A stretch of 64,000 bases of DNA from Moniliella sp. 'wahieum' (lineage: Eukaryota): positions 310,001-374,000 of the forward strand of contig RSEE01000062.1 in NCBI GenBank assembly GCA_003971905.1, in the 5' to 3' direction. A program made the translations under genes and the position numbers. Of this stretch, positions 1 through 13,800 are shown one piece after another. The number at the start of each line of letters is the position of its first letter. Position 1 is the first letter of the stretch. A model generated the notes under the pieces. The model did not search any database. It was not told where the DNA came from and saw only the letters and a list, made by a program, of their open reading frames with translations.

Positions 1-1521
1 ACCGCGCTACCGCATTCAACGTTGCTCTGGTTCGTTTGCGCCTGCCCTCTCCCGACGAGCGCTACCTCAACGCCCGCTATGGTGAAGATTTCGAGGTCCT
101 GTGGATTCTTCGCGGCACCGACCCAATTTACCAAGCGATCGAAATCCCTGGTCCGCTCGATGACCCGATTTCCTGGTACCTCCTCTCGGCTGGCAAATAT
201 CAGCTGTACAAGGGTCCCAACCTCGACTCTTCCTCCCATTAGTCCAGTATCCCACATGGGTCTGGGAGCCGGCCCCACGACAGTGCGCTCTGCAAACCCA
301 ATCGCAGCCTGCCTATACATGGGCTCAAACTTCCGAGATGGTGACTGTCGCCTTTTCCCTCCCGCTCAGCTTGAAGTCGGAGGACATTTCCATCCATTTT
401 ACCGAACCCTCAGGCTTGTCGTTGTCGATCAGTACGTCAGCCGACGTGGGTCCACAAGTGGTACAATTTTCACCGGGGGGAAGCCCCGCGCTTCCTTGGG
501 AGAACGTACTGGCCACCGAACTCCAGCAAGGCCGATATATCAACCAAAAGCTCTGGGCTCCCATCGATGCGGCGAAATGTAAGTGGGAATGGAAATCGTT
601 TCATCGAAAGAAGGAGCCAGGCGAATTTGGTGTCTTGAAACTCTTTATCGCCAAGAAGAAGAAGGTACCGTTGGACACAGGTCTTTGCCGATCAGCCGAC
701 GCGACAAGGCAGGTTGTCTGATGATGTTCTTGAAACCCTCAGCCCGTCCGATTTAGTGCGCGCACTCGAGGGACTGGAGAAGTACACATCGGACCAGGTG
801 GACGAGGGACCCATGCTTGCACCCGGTATGATTCCGACTCAGACGACTTTACTTCACGACCCGCTCGAGGAGGAAGATGCGACGGTGGGGCGCTCTTTGC
901 AAGTTACGAAGGTGACCCACTTTGCCCCTGCTATCCCCCCCTCTCTCTGGCAGCCCTGAAGAAACGATGCTGGCTCTGACAATTCCTGGCCGTACTTCCT
1001 TTCCCTTGCAAGGTGGAGAGAACGCATATACCGTGCCCAGATGTTTGACTATCAGCCAAGGGCTGGATGGTGCAGTGTTTGCTATGGGTCCGGACAACCC
1101 AAAGCATGTGGGCCATCTTCCTGGCCTGGCCTACGTGCTAGCTAGCAAGACGGATGCCCAATTGTTCTACACTACCCTTACTTCCCGGCCGCCAGCGGGC
1201 GAGGCAGCCAGTGCTACCGAAGGCGAGGCCCGAGCGGTCGCCTTGGCCTTCGTGTCTCCTCCACCCTCACCATTAGGCGGTACACGGAAAGCGGGAACAT
1301 TGTTCATGTACACCGCTCCGCCCACCACGGATGGGCAGCCTGGTTGTGTGGGTGAAAGCCGGGTGATGTCGCTGGGCCATGAAGATGCAGGCCAATTACT
1401 GGATGTGGTTGAGTTTGCTCCCAACTCAAGGTGGCTCTCAGGCCAAGCCATGTCGCGCACTGTTTTGCATGTCGGAAGAGCAACTGACTATCGTCCAAGG
1501 GTTGCTCTGACTGCGGGTTAA
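1..1521 (+). CDS. NudC domain-containing protein 1 (NUDCD1)-like, 5'-truncated, frameshifted
   Basis: CS/p23-domain start PAYTWAQTSEMVTVAFSLP...KLWAPIDAAKCKWEW...LKLFIAKK (~308-660). C-terminal LDGAVF...HVGHLPGLAYVLASK resembles NUDCD1. Spread over ORFs 36-242, 338-721, 714-959 and 922-1521. Confidence 0.7.
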
Positions 1522-1877
1522 TGATTGACAAGGAACGCACACGCCTTGTATGCTATGTACCTTGGTTTGTGGCAATAACCAGATGTAAGCAGGAGGGCAA
1601 GCAATTGCGTTGTTGGCAGAGCCATTACATGTCAATTTTGGGAGTTAGGAGTCCAACCGTCGCAGAGCCCGGGGTTGAGGGACATAAGAGGTACAAGCTT
1701 GAGCATGCCAGCACAGCAGATGGCACACACTATACAAGTGCGGTCTGGAACGAGTCGGTGGGACCTGTAGAGGTGTACCCCCTGTTTCATGGTTGGACGG
1801 ACAGCCCCAGACGGGGAGAGGGTCCATCCAACATACCCACTATGGGGTTAGGGGAAACTAGAGTGCCAACATGACGC

Positions 1878-2147
1878 TTAGCGCAGACGGCTACAAAAAA
1901 AAAATGAGTTAGGTACATCGCATCTAACAAAGTTCGGACGGGGTACGCACCGAGCCTCACGCTCCGACTCGAGGAGAGCAAGGATGTCGTCAACCTTAAC
2001 AGGGCCCTTGACGTTGCGGATGATAGAGCGGGTCGAGTCGTCCATGAACTCAACACGCACTTGGATCACGCCACCACGCGAGCCAGTGCGGCCGAGAACC
2101 TTGGTGACCTTGGCCAGCTTGACGGGTTGCTTCGAGACAGCTTCCAT
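1878..2147 (-). CDS. RPS28: 40S ribosomal protein S28 (eS28), 2 exons (2147-1951, 1890-1878)
   Basis: [37 protein letters not shown]...LLESEREA. Intron 1950-1891 (GTGCGT...CTAAC...TAG) restores the C-terminal RRLR*. Confidence 0.97.
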   Translation of the reverse strand: MEAVSKQPVKLAKVTKVLGRTGSRGGVIQVRVEFMDDSTRSIIRNVKGPVKVDDILALLESEREARCVPRPNFVRCDVPNSFFFCSRLR

Positions 2148-2535
2148 CTTGAGAGGGCTTGGGAGGTGTGGGTGTATGGTGGCTTGCCGGCTCGGCAGGG
2201 CAAACACACCTCGCCGGAGGCCATGATGAAAGGGTTGTACCCTAACTAATTAATAGGGGTATGCCGCACTTTCAGTGTTACGATCCAGTCGCTGCGGCTT
2301 GGCGGAATTTCGTTCTCCTGTAGCCGTTCCCACCTTCGTGGCCTAGCTTCGCAAGGAGCTACGCAAGCGCGATACAACTACCTTTGACGGTCCTGCCAAG
2401 CAAGGTAAGTCATCTGACGAGCGCGCCGGCGAGCCTAGGTGGTGCGCAACATGCTGTTGTCCTGCCTCTGCCTCCTGTGCTGTGAGCGGCAAAAACTGAC
2501 TTGGTACTTTTTTCATGGCTTAGTAGCATCTCAAG

Positions 2536-3149
<614 letters not shown>

Positions 3150-4132
3150 TCGGCCCATTGCATCCTCTCGCTACGCTCTTCTTTTCTCACGTCCCTTTGG
3201 GGGCGTTTGAGAGTTGGCGTTTCCCTTTCCTCCATGCCATTGGGGCCGTAAGGCCCCGACTCCCGGCAAGGTACCACCTACTGTTGGTCCTTGCTGGCCC
3301 GACGGACTTTGGCCCGCGGGCCGCTCTAGGCTCGGGACATGGTTCGGCACCAGTCCCTACGCACAAAAGAAAATTGCATGTCTACCCCTGTGGGGGACAA
3401 CTCTAGTTCGTCTGTGGGGTTGCAGCATTTCAGGACCTGCCGCGTGTATGATATTTTAGTTGCATGGCAGTCTATGGTGAAGGGGGCGAATTTCTGCGGG
3501 AGGTGAGGAGGGGGCTCGCATACGTCCTGTTGGGCCCAGATGTAAAGCATGCGCGAATGTCGATACGAAGTTAGTGCGCGCATGACGGCGAGGGCACGTA
3601 TGCATTGACCCCAGCTTCGATCGAGAATCACATGTGCAGAAGGCAGCCCAGCGGGGTCGCGCGCCCCGGTGGCATAATGCCAAGTGGGAACGCGTCAAGT
3701 GTCAAGGGGAAATTGCGACGCAGGACGGTCAACGTCGCGACAACGTTCACCTCGGCAAGTACAGCAGTACCAGCTCTTACTTCTCTAGGTCATTGCAAGT
3801 GTTTATCGCAGTGCTGTGTGAGAACTTACCCGTTTAAGAAGCGTGAAGACACATTCAGATCTGCCTTGATTGCTACGAAAGCCAGACAAACCTCGGGCGA
3901 GCGGGGTGTGTTGTAGAGAATAGTAAGTGGTTGACAACTAAAAACGCACTTCTTTCTCTCATCTCCTCAGGCAGCCTGACATCCTCGTCCTTCTGGTGCA
4001 CGGAATCTCTCTCCCATGGACAAATGCACGCGCGTGGCATTTTTTGGTTGCGTACCATACAGGACGTGGGTCGATGTAGGAAGAAAGCTGTACGATGATC
4101 GACGATGATGCATATGAGGCAATGGAGTAGTT

Positions 4133-5126
4133 TTATTCGTTGAGCAGGTGGGCAATGTCACCGTAGTAGCCCTTGTCTTCGGCGCTCGCTTCGTCCCTTG
4201 TCAAGAGCTGCTCAATCTCTTCGCACTTGAGCCAGGCATACTTGGTCCCCGACTTGCGCACAGCCTCCTTGTCCGCATTACCAGCAATCACGTGGCCGGC
4301 CAAAAAGTAGACCTAGAGCAAAAGAGACACATTAGAATTCCCCATTTCGTCCAAGATGCAAACAACGTACCTTTTCCTCGGCGGTGCTAGTGTGGCCCAC
4401 AGGCAAGTGGTTCAAGAGCCACACGTCAATAGCTTCGCCCAAAGCCTTGGTCACAGCGCGAGGAGCGGCAGCATGAAGGGTATCAGTGGCCAGCGTCACA
4501 TCCACCATGGCATCCTCAGCAGCATCCTCGCTCTTGTCGGGAACCGACTCGGTCTTGGTGGTCAAGTCCACAGTGTCCGAGGGAAACCTCCATGAATTGC
4601 CTGTGGCTTCCGAGTTGACCAGCAGGTACAGCGTCCGGTCGCCCGCACGGTCCAACGACGTCTGGTCGTTTTTCTCGTCGGCCTCGGTACGGCGTGGCAT
4701 CAGAGCATACGAGTCCACCGATGCTCCATCTGTGCCCTCCTCGGATCCCTCGGGGCTGGTGTCCATCACCGACTCGACAGGGTTCGCCGCCGTAGGGCTG
4801 CCGGCCGAACCCGTCTGGGCAGCGGCGCCGTCGGCGGCCGCGGTAGCATCCAAGTCACCGCGGCTGAGAATAGTGGCAAAGTCCACTTTGGTCCGCTCGG
4901 CCTCGGCCTTGAGGTAGGCGAGCTCGGCGGAAGAACCCGGCTTGAAGTAAAACTCCTTGTTGAGTGGCACAGCAAGGTGACGATTGAGTTTCTGGTTGTA
5001 CGTGTACACGGCTTGCTCCAGCTCGGTGGGCTCACGGATCAGGGTGGGCGCACGCGACAGGACCAGTGCACTCCGCACCGCCGTGCTCGCCCTCGCGGAC
5101 GAGGAGAAGGCACGCACAAACCGCAT
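4133..5126 (-). CDS. Mitochondrial large-subunit ribosomal protein mL46 (yeast Mrpl17-like), 2 exons
   Basis: Presequence MRFVRAFSSSAR, then ALVLSRAP, FYFKPGS and PRRTEADEKNDQTSLDRAGDRTLYLLV...WRFP. Intron 4370-4313 (GTACGT...TAG). Exon 2 reads VYFLAGHVIAG...YAWLKCEEIEQLL...HLLNE*. Confidence 0.88.
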
Positions 5127-5876
5127 CGGATCGCTATGTCGGGGCGTTAAGAAGACGAGGCGAGGCAGTGATCTAGCTTCTGAAGGCTCCAGGCGGAACC
5201 CAAACTTCTGAGGCATCGCGGAATTTTTTTCCGCCCATCGGCCGCGCTAATAACACAGGGGGAAATTTCAACAACTGCAGGCCAGCCGCACCCGCCAGAA
5301 CCTCGAAAGCGCTGCCAAATGAACAGGGGCCCTAGGAGAAATCAGCATCCCCTATCCTCTCGCTGTAGTGTCAATGAGACGATGGTGGAGCGCAGCCTGC
5401 ATCTGGGAGCCACAGCCCATCTCCCTGGATCTATCGATTATGGTATGGGCGTGCTCCCTTCAGGGCCTGCTACTTGCACTATCCCATACGGGCTTAAGCC
5501 AAGGCCTGCTGGGACAGACGGTCTAAAAATCGAAAAGCAAGTTAACACCCCAACAGTGAATACTAAGACAACAAAACGCCGAGCACGGTGATAGTGCTGT
5601 GATTTCCTGCCTACGTTGGGTACTTGGAATGATCTCAGGGAGTAAATGCAAATCATAAGTCAAAAAGGTCGGCTCCCCATCAGCTTCAGCGAGCTCTAGA
5701 AAGGGATCGGATGAATATGGACATGGAGCTTGGAGGGGGTTCATGAGTACACAGCGGTAAAAAAAGTTGACGTCCCCGCAACGTTGGTGACGTGGGGACC
5801 AGGGAAAGAAAACTACGAGGGAGTTGTTGGGTGCCTGCAGAATCGACCAGCCCGATTTGAATGACCAAATGCCGTG

Positions 5877-7838
5877 CTAGTTGTAGGCGCCGTCGCGACC
5901 CCAGTCACCTAAGGCTTCCAAAAGAAAAACGGGGGCCACTGGTCGAACTACCCGCTTGGGCCGATGGGGGGCCACTGCCAACAGGCGTCCCAAGCAGATA
6001 AAACGTTGAACCAGTTGCGGTAGCAGGTGCCGTTGTGGCTCCAGTTGCATTGCCAAACACTCCAGACGTCGTAGTAACCGATTAGTCGCAGGACTACCCA
6101 GTGCGGCTGGGCCCTGCTGCTCCGGTTTGACCGCAAGATGAGACGGAGCCGCAGGGGCCGCCGGGGACCCCACCACGACCGGAGACCCAACAAGGCCGGC
6201 TTCCCAAATAGGCCAGGGGCCGTACAGTCAAGGGCGTGGGGGATACTTGCGGAAGTAGGGAACGATCCACCCACTACTGTAGATGGCCCGGGCGACGTGT
6301 AGCATTCACAGACTCGGGGTAGCCGTCCCACCAAAGCCCGAGAAATGATAGTTGCCCCGTGGATCCTGAGGGCTGGGCCAGGACAGGCTACCAAACTGGC
6401 GAACTGAAGGAAGACGACTTGCTGTCCGCGGGTTGCGAGGGCTGGTTGCAAGCAGGTTGACCGGACTGGCCGAGCCCGACGAGAGACGAGTTGCCGCCGC
6501 GGGTCCCGAGGGCTGGGTCGGGACAGGCCTACCGAACTGGCCGGACCCCAAGGAAGACGGCTTACTGTCCGCGGGTTGCGAGGGTTGTGCTGTGACAGGT
6601 TCCGAAGGCTGTGCTGTGGCAGGTTTGCCCGGATGGCTGAACCCGAAGTAAGACGGTTGAGTACCTACGGGTTCCACATAACCTACCCTGGTAGGCGCAC
6701 CAAACATGTTGAGGGTCGGCCCAGCAGCCCAACGCTAAAGGGGCTGGTTTGCTCGTCGCAGTTTCAGAGGCCTGTGCGGAGCAGGACTGCCGTTGCCAAA
6801 GCCGGGTCGGGGAGGAGGCTGGCTGCGCGCTCGAGAGTGGACCGGGGAGATTGTAGCTGCACCTCCGGGGGCAGGGGTGGACACGGATCCGATCGGTGGG
6901 GGCATCGTGGCGTCCGCGCCATGTGAGGTGAGGTGCACCTCGCCGTTTGGAGCAGCAATGCGTTGACATCCCTCTTGTCTTCAGCCGTATCGTCCTTCAC
7001 CACATCGCCTTGATTGTTCTCGGTGAGTTCACGCGGTTCTGGTTCACCGGCTCGATCGGCACAGGGGAAAGGGACGAATCGTTGGACTCTGGGCTTTCAT
7101 GGTCCCCCAACACCACAGGGGACATTGCGGCAGCTGCGCAGCACGGGGCCAACGCTGGGCCCTGCGTCTGAGCCAGGGGGGAGAAACGAGTGCGCGCTCT
7201 GGGGTCGCGCCAGACCGAATGGAGGGGTCGCTGCAACGACTGCAAGAGTGTGGAGGCGGAAGATGTGGGATTGACACAAGCAAAGATAGGATCATCCTCC
7301 TTCAAGTCACAAAGGCGGGCTAGATAAGCAGAATCCGCCACTCGTCCGACTCGGGCTCCGCCTTGGGCTTCAGCGTCGGTTCGGTCCGGGGTGACACGAC
7401 AAGCGTGACGGGCGGGAGGCCCTGCTGGAGGAAGAGTTGCCATTCCAGCTCATTCGATACCAGCTGGTGCATCTCCTGCGACGCATAGAACAACGTCAGG
7501 AATATTCGGGGCCAAACGACCAGGCCGCGCGGATCTTCGACTCGGCCTGGGCCCAGGTGGGCAGGGAATTGAGCGAGCCAAGCACCACTGGGCGTGCGAC
7601 GAGGGGGGAGGAGGAGTCGGTAAAGTGGCTCGGGTGAAGCCGGGAATGTGCATCGCATGAACTGCAGCGGGCATGCGAGTGTGGAGCACGAGCGTGGTGG
7701 CTGGTGCTCCAGCACATAGCTCACTCGAGGACCGGTGGGCGTGGACACGATCTGAGGCGGGCCCCACCGCGGCGCAACATCCACCACTTGGTTTCCGGAC
7801 AACGACAGCGTCGTTTCATACTTCAGGTGTGCCGCCAT
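5877..7838 (-). CDS. Hypothetical Pro/Ser-rich protein (frameshifted), possible PB1-like N-terminus
   Basis: Chain of overlapping minus-strand ORFs from MAAHLKYET (ATG 7838) to the stop at 5877. Segment LPTWAQAESKIRAAWSF...LTLFY...LVSNELEWQLFL resembles a PB1 fold. Internal duplication QPSQPADSK (~6417 and ~6563). Confidence 0.4.
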
Positions 7839-10800
7839 GGTCAACGAGATGGGGAAGAGGGCAACGGCCGTGGCGGTGGGTAGTGGTGGTGGTGGTTGGC
7901 AAACTGGCCTACTAAACACTTGTGGGAGGCGAGCAGGCCGCCTCGCACAGTACTCTCAGTGCTGATAACAAACAGCAGAGCGGACTCTGATTTGGCTACG
8001 CGGGGACTTGAAGCGTGAAGTTGGTCAAACAGTGACTCTAGTGGGTGACATGCATGATGCATGAGCATGATCTGAGTGAGAGGCGCACAGCGGCGACTGG
8101 CCGCTATGGGACGCTGAATTAGTGCAAGTCGGATGTTGGACGCTGGACCCAGCTGCGTAGGACATACCCAGCCAAGCATCTGTTCTTCCCCGCCCCCTCC
8201 CCGCCCAACCAACGCCACCGCCATTAATAGTCGCTGATCAACGATCGCATCGAGGGAAGCCGGAGGGCAGAGGGGAGACAGGCGCACCTAAGCCTGGCCA
8301 AGAGCACTGTCTATCTTTGTTGGAATCGCTGATTCTCGATTACGTGAGTACTATTCGTTCAATATTGAATTGCCAGCAAGGCTTGAAATGTCAATTCTCT
8401 CCTTGGATGCCCTTCCGTTCCGCTCTGCTCGCCTGCCCCGATCCATCATCGAAAGAAGTTGCACCACACAACAGAGCGCGCCCTCTGGAATGAGATGGAG
8501 ATCATGACAAGTGCCAGTCGCCAGGTTCTTTGACGTTCATCAGCGCATCAACGAGGATCGTGGGCTAGAGATCGAAGTAGGAAAACTGGAACGGCACGTG
8601 CATAGTAAGAAGCGGTCTTGGGTGCTTACAGCTTTCGGGATCACCAGAGCCTGCTCTTTTCACAGCGACCTCGAATGCGCAATCGCGCGCGAGGAACTTT
8701 GTGTTGGTTGCGATCGGAACATGCAAGCCCCTGGACGGCCCCATCAAGCAATTGTACGTGTTCTTTGTTACAAACCAGATGAAGTTCGCGTTCGCGCAAC
8801 AATGTTCTCACACCCGATAATGCCCGCACCTGGACAACTGTGTTGTTACTCTGCAGGATGAGCCCGGCTGTAACGTGTCGCATGTAACGTTGGTGTGGTG
8901 TATACACGAGCCGAGCGACGCTACCATTTTTCGCCGCCTTCTGCTCGGAAAGTGCGGCGATTCGGCAGTCGGACTGGTGAGATCTGAGACCTGGTGATGG
9001 TGGTCTAAACCAACAAAAACGCGTATGAAGGGACAACACGCTCCGCTTCACAAGGCGTGTCCTCACACATTGCTGTTGGCTTGCTCATCGCTTCATCGGG
9101 GAGAAGATGGCATCCTCATTGGGTGGGCTGGCCCACATCAAAACAAGGGACCTACTCACGGCGTTTGGATGGGCCGAAGCCCTCTTTGGCGCATTTGGGA
9201 GCAGAACTTGTTGTATACCAGCTAGGAGGCAGAAGAGAGTGCGTATCCGCTCATCCGGGCTCATCGATCATCAATCATCAGCCCGTCTTGTTTCGTGTAA
9301 AAACGTTGTTTCCAGTGTGCTCAAACATCTTCTTTTCGCAGCCTTGATGCGGAGAGGATCATGGCATCTCGTCATGCAGCGGTGGCCAACAGGATGAACG
9401 GGTCGGCTGAGGATATTAGATGCGCGTGCTTGGGATATATGGCGTTTCTGTCTGTAGGATCCAGGAGAGATGGGCCAAAGACACGGTGGGGTATACGATA
9501 ATCCGTCGCCGGGTCACCGGTTACAAGTCCTAGTCACCGTGGGTCGTACTAGCTTGGTCAAGCTTCAAGTTGAACGTTGGCGCGTTGACGACATTGAAGC
9601 TTCGCTAGCTTCAAGCTTCCAGCTTCAAAAATGCATCGATGGCAGTGGCAAATGTCGAGCCAACGCATGAAATACCTCAGTACTGGCAGCAAGCACGCCA
9701 GTAGCCACGAATGCTGAACGCAACTGCCGCACTGCCCTCCAGACGGACTAGTAGGATGTGAGATGTGTGACATGCGTCGTTCGATCGATGGCCAGTGCCA
9801 GTGATCTGGTGCCGGTGATCGCTTGTTCGGTGGAAGGGCCAGTAGCCGGTAGACGGTGCCCCTCTCCCCTGCGAGTAGCTCGTTTAGCAGCTGGAAGTTT
9901 AACGCTTGACGATGGGCAGTGTGCGCAGCAGCGATCGGGGGGTTTCTCAGGCGCTGCGCTACTCCGTGATTCAGCCCAGCGGCTCACCAGAGCACTCGCC
10001 CGCACCGCCCCAGTGCGGGCCAACTGGTAGTTCCACCTGATGCGCTGAGCGCAGCTGAGCCTCAGCGCTGGGCGATGCTGCATCCCTGCTGCAAATCGCG
10101 GAGATGGAGCGACGGCTGCACTGCCCTCACTCTGCCAAGAGCAAGCCGTGCCGGTGGCGGGCGCCCGCCGATCTGACACGCTGGCGGAGGCAGGGCGGCG
10201 GTGTGGGCGCGCTGCCCTTTGGAGCCCCACGAGGCCGGTGGCCAGAGGGGGCAGCGGGCACCGCCCCTGGCAGCGCTGTCTGCGGGGTTCCTCGCAGGCA
10301 GAGGGGCAGCCTTCCACACACGGCCACATGCTGCAAGCTGGGGCGGCGGGGCGGGTGCGCTGAGCCTCGGCGCTGAGGCTGAGGCGCGGACGGGCGCTGG
10401 GTGACTAGTGGGTACCTGCCTGGTGGCCCAAGCTGCGGCTGGCACTGGCCCCAAGCGGTGGTGGGTCGCAGCGGCGTCACCGGTCAGTGCGCTGAGGCTG
10501 GGCGTCACACGGGGCATGCCTGCGGGGGCGCTGCAGGGAGGAGAGAGAAGCATGGCCGATGATGCAGATGCATGATGCGCTCAATGCTTCCCATGAGCTG
10601 GATAGTCGACAGGCATGCATGCATGCACCCCCCGCTGCAGGGAGGCGCAGCCGCCGCACTCGGCCAGTGGGACTCAGCACGGGTACTCAGTACGCAGCAG
10701 CACGCAGCGGCTCAACGTTAGCCCCCCCAGCCTGCCTGCACTTTGCTCGCCCGCACGTTTGCCCGGCGGGGCGCAGGCAGCCGCCGCAGCCTTGCATTGC

Positions 10801-10866
10801 GTCTTGGCCGCCGTCGCCTCCACTGCCACCACCATCACAGCGCCCATCGCACCCCCGCCCCCGAAG

Positions 10867-13800
10867 ATGGCGTCCTCGGGCGCATACCCGCTCTCCATCC
10901 TGGGGCGCCTGCCCCCCCGCCCCGCCACCACCTCCCTCGGCGCCCATGTCGCAGCACACGTTACCGACAGCGCCGCATCACCCACCCTCCTCGACTGTCT
11001 CTGCACCAGCCCACGCCCCCTCTGGTCCCCCGACCTCCACCGCCCCCTCTCGACCACAACATGCTCCGTTCTCTCATCTCCGCCTTCCGTCTTCCCGTCT
11101 CCTCTCGCGCCCGTCCCCTGCAACGCAACGACCGCGTCATGGTTGCCCTGCCCACGGGCCCCGAAAATGCAGTGGCCCTCATGGCCATCTCCGCCTACTA
11201 TACCGCCGCTCCCGTCAATGCCGCCTGCACGTCCGAGGAGCTGCGGGAAGATGCTCGTCGTCTCCGCGCCCGCGCCATCGTCACCACCCGCGACGCCATT
11301 GAGCGCCTCGACCTTGGTCCTGCTATGCCCGCGATGGGCTCGAGATCATTTTTGTCGACATGCGCTCACCGGCCGGCCGGTCTCTTTGACCTGGCCGTGC
11401 TCGACGGCGACGACATCTGTGCCCACCTTCGACGCGCAATCAGCCTCGACCACGTCCCAATGAGCTCCAAGACACGGCCCTTGTCCTTCACACGTCAGGA
11501 ACGTCGGGCACCAAAAAGGTCGTCCCCTACACCTGCGCCACCTGATCGTTGGCACTTGCTGTGTTGTGGACTCGTGGCAGCTCAAACCCGAATCGGTCAT
11601 AGTATGTTCATCATCATGGTGACGTTCCTTTTGGTGTACATTGTCCGCTGACCTTCCTTTGCTCCAGTGAACATGATGCCCCTATTCCACTGGGTGGCAT
11701 TATCCGCAATCTGTGGGCCCCCCTCTTTTCGTGCGGCAGTGCCATCATGTGTGCCGGCTTTGATGCCACCACATGGTGGACGTTGGTACGCAACCTCGGC
11801 GCGACTTGGTACTATGCCGCCAACAATGCACCAAGCCATCCTTGCTTCCAAGCCGGATGAGATCAATGTCGCGCGTGACATTAAGATCAAGATGATTTGC
11901 AACGCTGCTGGTGGTCTTCTCCCTACGCTCGCGATGCAGATGCGTGACACGTTTCGTTGGCGCCATCCTTCCCTCGTATGGGATGACCGAGTGTATGCCC
12001 ATCGCTTCCCCGCCCGTTACCTACCCTGGAGCGTCCTGGGTGCTCCGGTATAGCCTGCGGTCCGGACTTGTCCATTCGGGACCCTCGCACATTGGAGAAC
12101 CAGTACCCGTTGGTGTTGATGGCGCGATTTGTGTCCGAGGTCTGCCAACGTTGACGGATACGAAGTGGCGCCCGGGAAGCTGGACACATCTTGCTTTACC
12201 CGTGCTGGTTGGTTCGACTCGGGCGATGTAGGCCACATGGACGCCGACGGTTTCCTTTACGTGACGTCGAGGTCAAAAGAAATCATCAACAAGGGTGGTG
12301 AGGTCATCTCCCCCTTTGAGATCGAGGAGGCCATCACGGCCAATGTACGCGAACGTGTCAAGGCAACTCTTGCTTTTTCGATCGATCATCAAGTTCTGCA
12401 AGAGACAATTGGTGTGGTGGTAGTGCCCCAGCCCAACCAACCAAGGATTGGGTTGATGGAGCTACAGAATACGCTGCGCAATGTACTGCACCCCTCGAAG
12501 TGGCCGTTCGCTATTGTCTACATGGACGAACTGCCCAAGAACCAGGCCGGAAAACCACTTCGCATCAAGCTCGGCCAACGCCTTGGTATCCAGCCTCTCG
12601 CTGACGACACTCCTCTGCTGGATCGCCACTTTGAAGCCAGGCGCCTGACAAAAATGCCCCGCTCAGCACTCCCATCCCGTGCCGCAAGGTGCGGATAGAC
12701 CTGAGCTCGATCGAGCGGGCCTGCGCTCGCATCCCTGGGGTACAAGAGGTGGCCGTGCAGATGCGGCCGGACGGAGCACCGGAAGCCTTCCTCCACATTG
12801 ACGAAGATGCCGAGTACGATGCTGCTGATATTGATGGCGCCTTGGCTGGGGTACTGGATGGATACATTGTCCCCAACCCATTGCACGTCTTCCGTCAACG
12901 CCTTGCCCGAACTCGCGATGGCCGTTTCGACTTTGCCACGATGAACGAAGAGGTGCGGGCGCAAAACGCAGGGACATGTCCTACTCTACGCAGGTCGTGA
13001 GGGACTGTGTTGCCAAGCTTCTCAACATGGATTCAGGTGCGATTACCGCCGACTCGGACTTCTTCCTTTTGGGCGGAAACTCGCTCCTCCTGGGTCGTCT
13101 GATCCATGCTATCAAGAAAGAGACGGGAGCGAGCTTGGATGGCGTCCGTATTTACCAATTCAACCATTGTCGGCATCGCTGGCCTGGTTGACGAACAACT
13201 GGGATCAGACGATGACGATGAATACATGGCAAGCGGGTATTCCGACGAGAAAAATGGCTTCATTCGCTCCCCCGCCCCGGGTTACGAGCAGGATGGGGAC
13301 ATTCCAGATTACCTGCATTCGCACGGGTACCAGCCCCGTAGTCAAACCCATCCCTGGGTGCTTTTTGTCCAGATCCTTCCTCTTATCTTTATGTACCCTC
13401 TTAAGGCTGCCTGGACATGGACGGTGATCTTGCAAGGCCTTGCCTTTTCCGCCTACTACATTTCGGACAACTTTTGGGAACGGGTGGGCGTCTTGCTTGC
13501 CTTCCTTGTTGCTGCGTCTCACTTCGCGGATCATCTGCCCCATTGCGGCTATCCTGTTCAAATGGGTTGTGATCGGTCGCTATCGTCCGGGCAAGTACCC
13601 CATGTGGTGCAATTACCACCTGCGTTGGTGGATCGTGAACCAGTCACTAGCCATGTCGGGCAAGGGTTATTCAATCTTACACCCTCGCTCCGCATTGCAT
13701 ACTACCGCCTCCTTGGTGCACGCATTGGAACCAACGTCAAGATTGACAAGTTTGCCAAGTTGGCGGAGTACGACTTGCTCACAATCCACGATGGCGCGCG

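Noticed and set aside
1521..1874. 117-aa ORF after the NUDCD1-like gene
   Set aside because: It has a TTG start, no motifs and lies between convergent 3' ends.
8400..9450. Gene or transposase remnant
   Set aside because: Only short ORFs, with no recognisable motif on either strand.
9748..10860. Long overlapping ORFs in all frames
   Set aside because: Expected in very GC-rich DNA. The translations are Ala/Arg/Pro-rich with no motifs.
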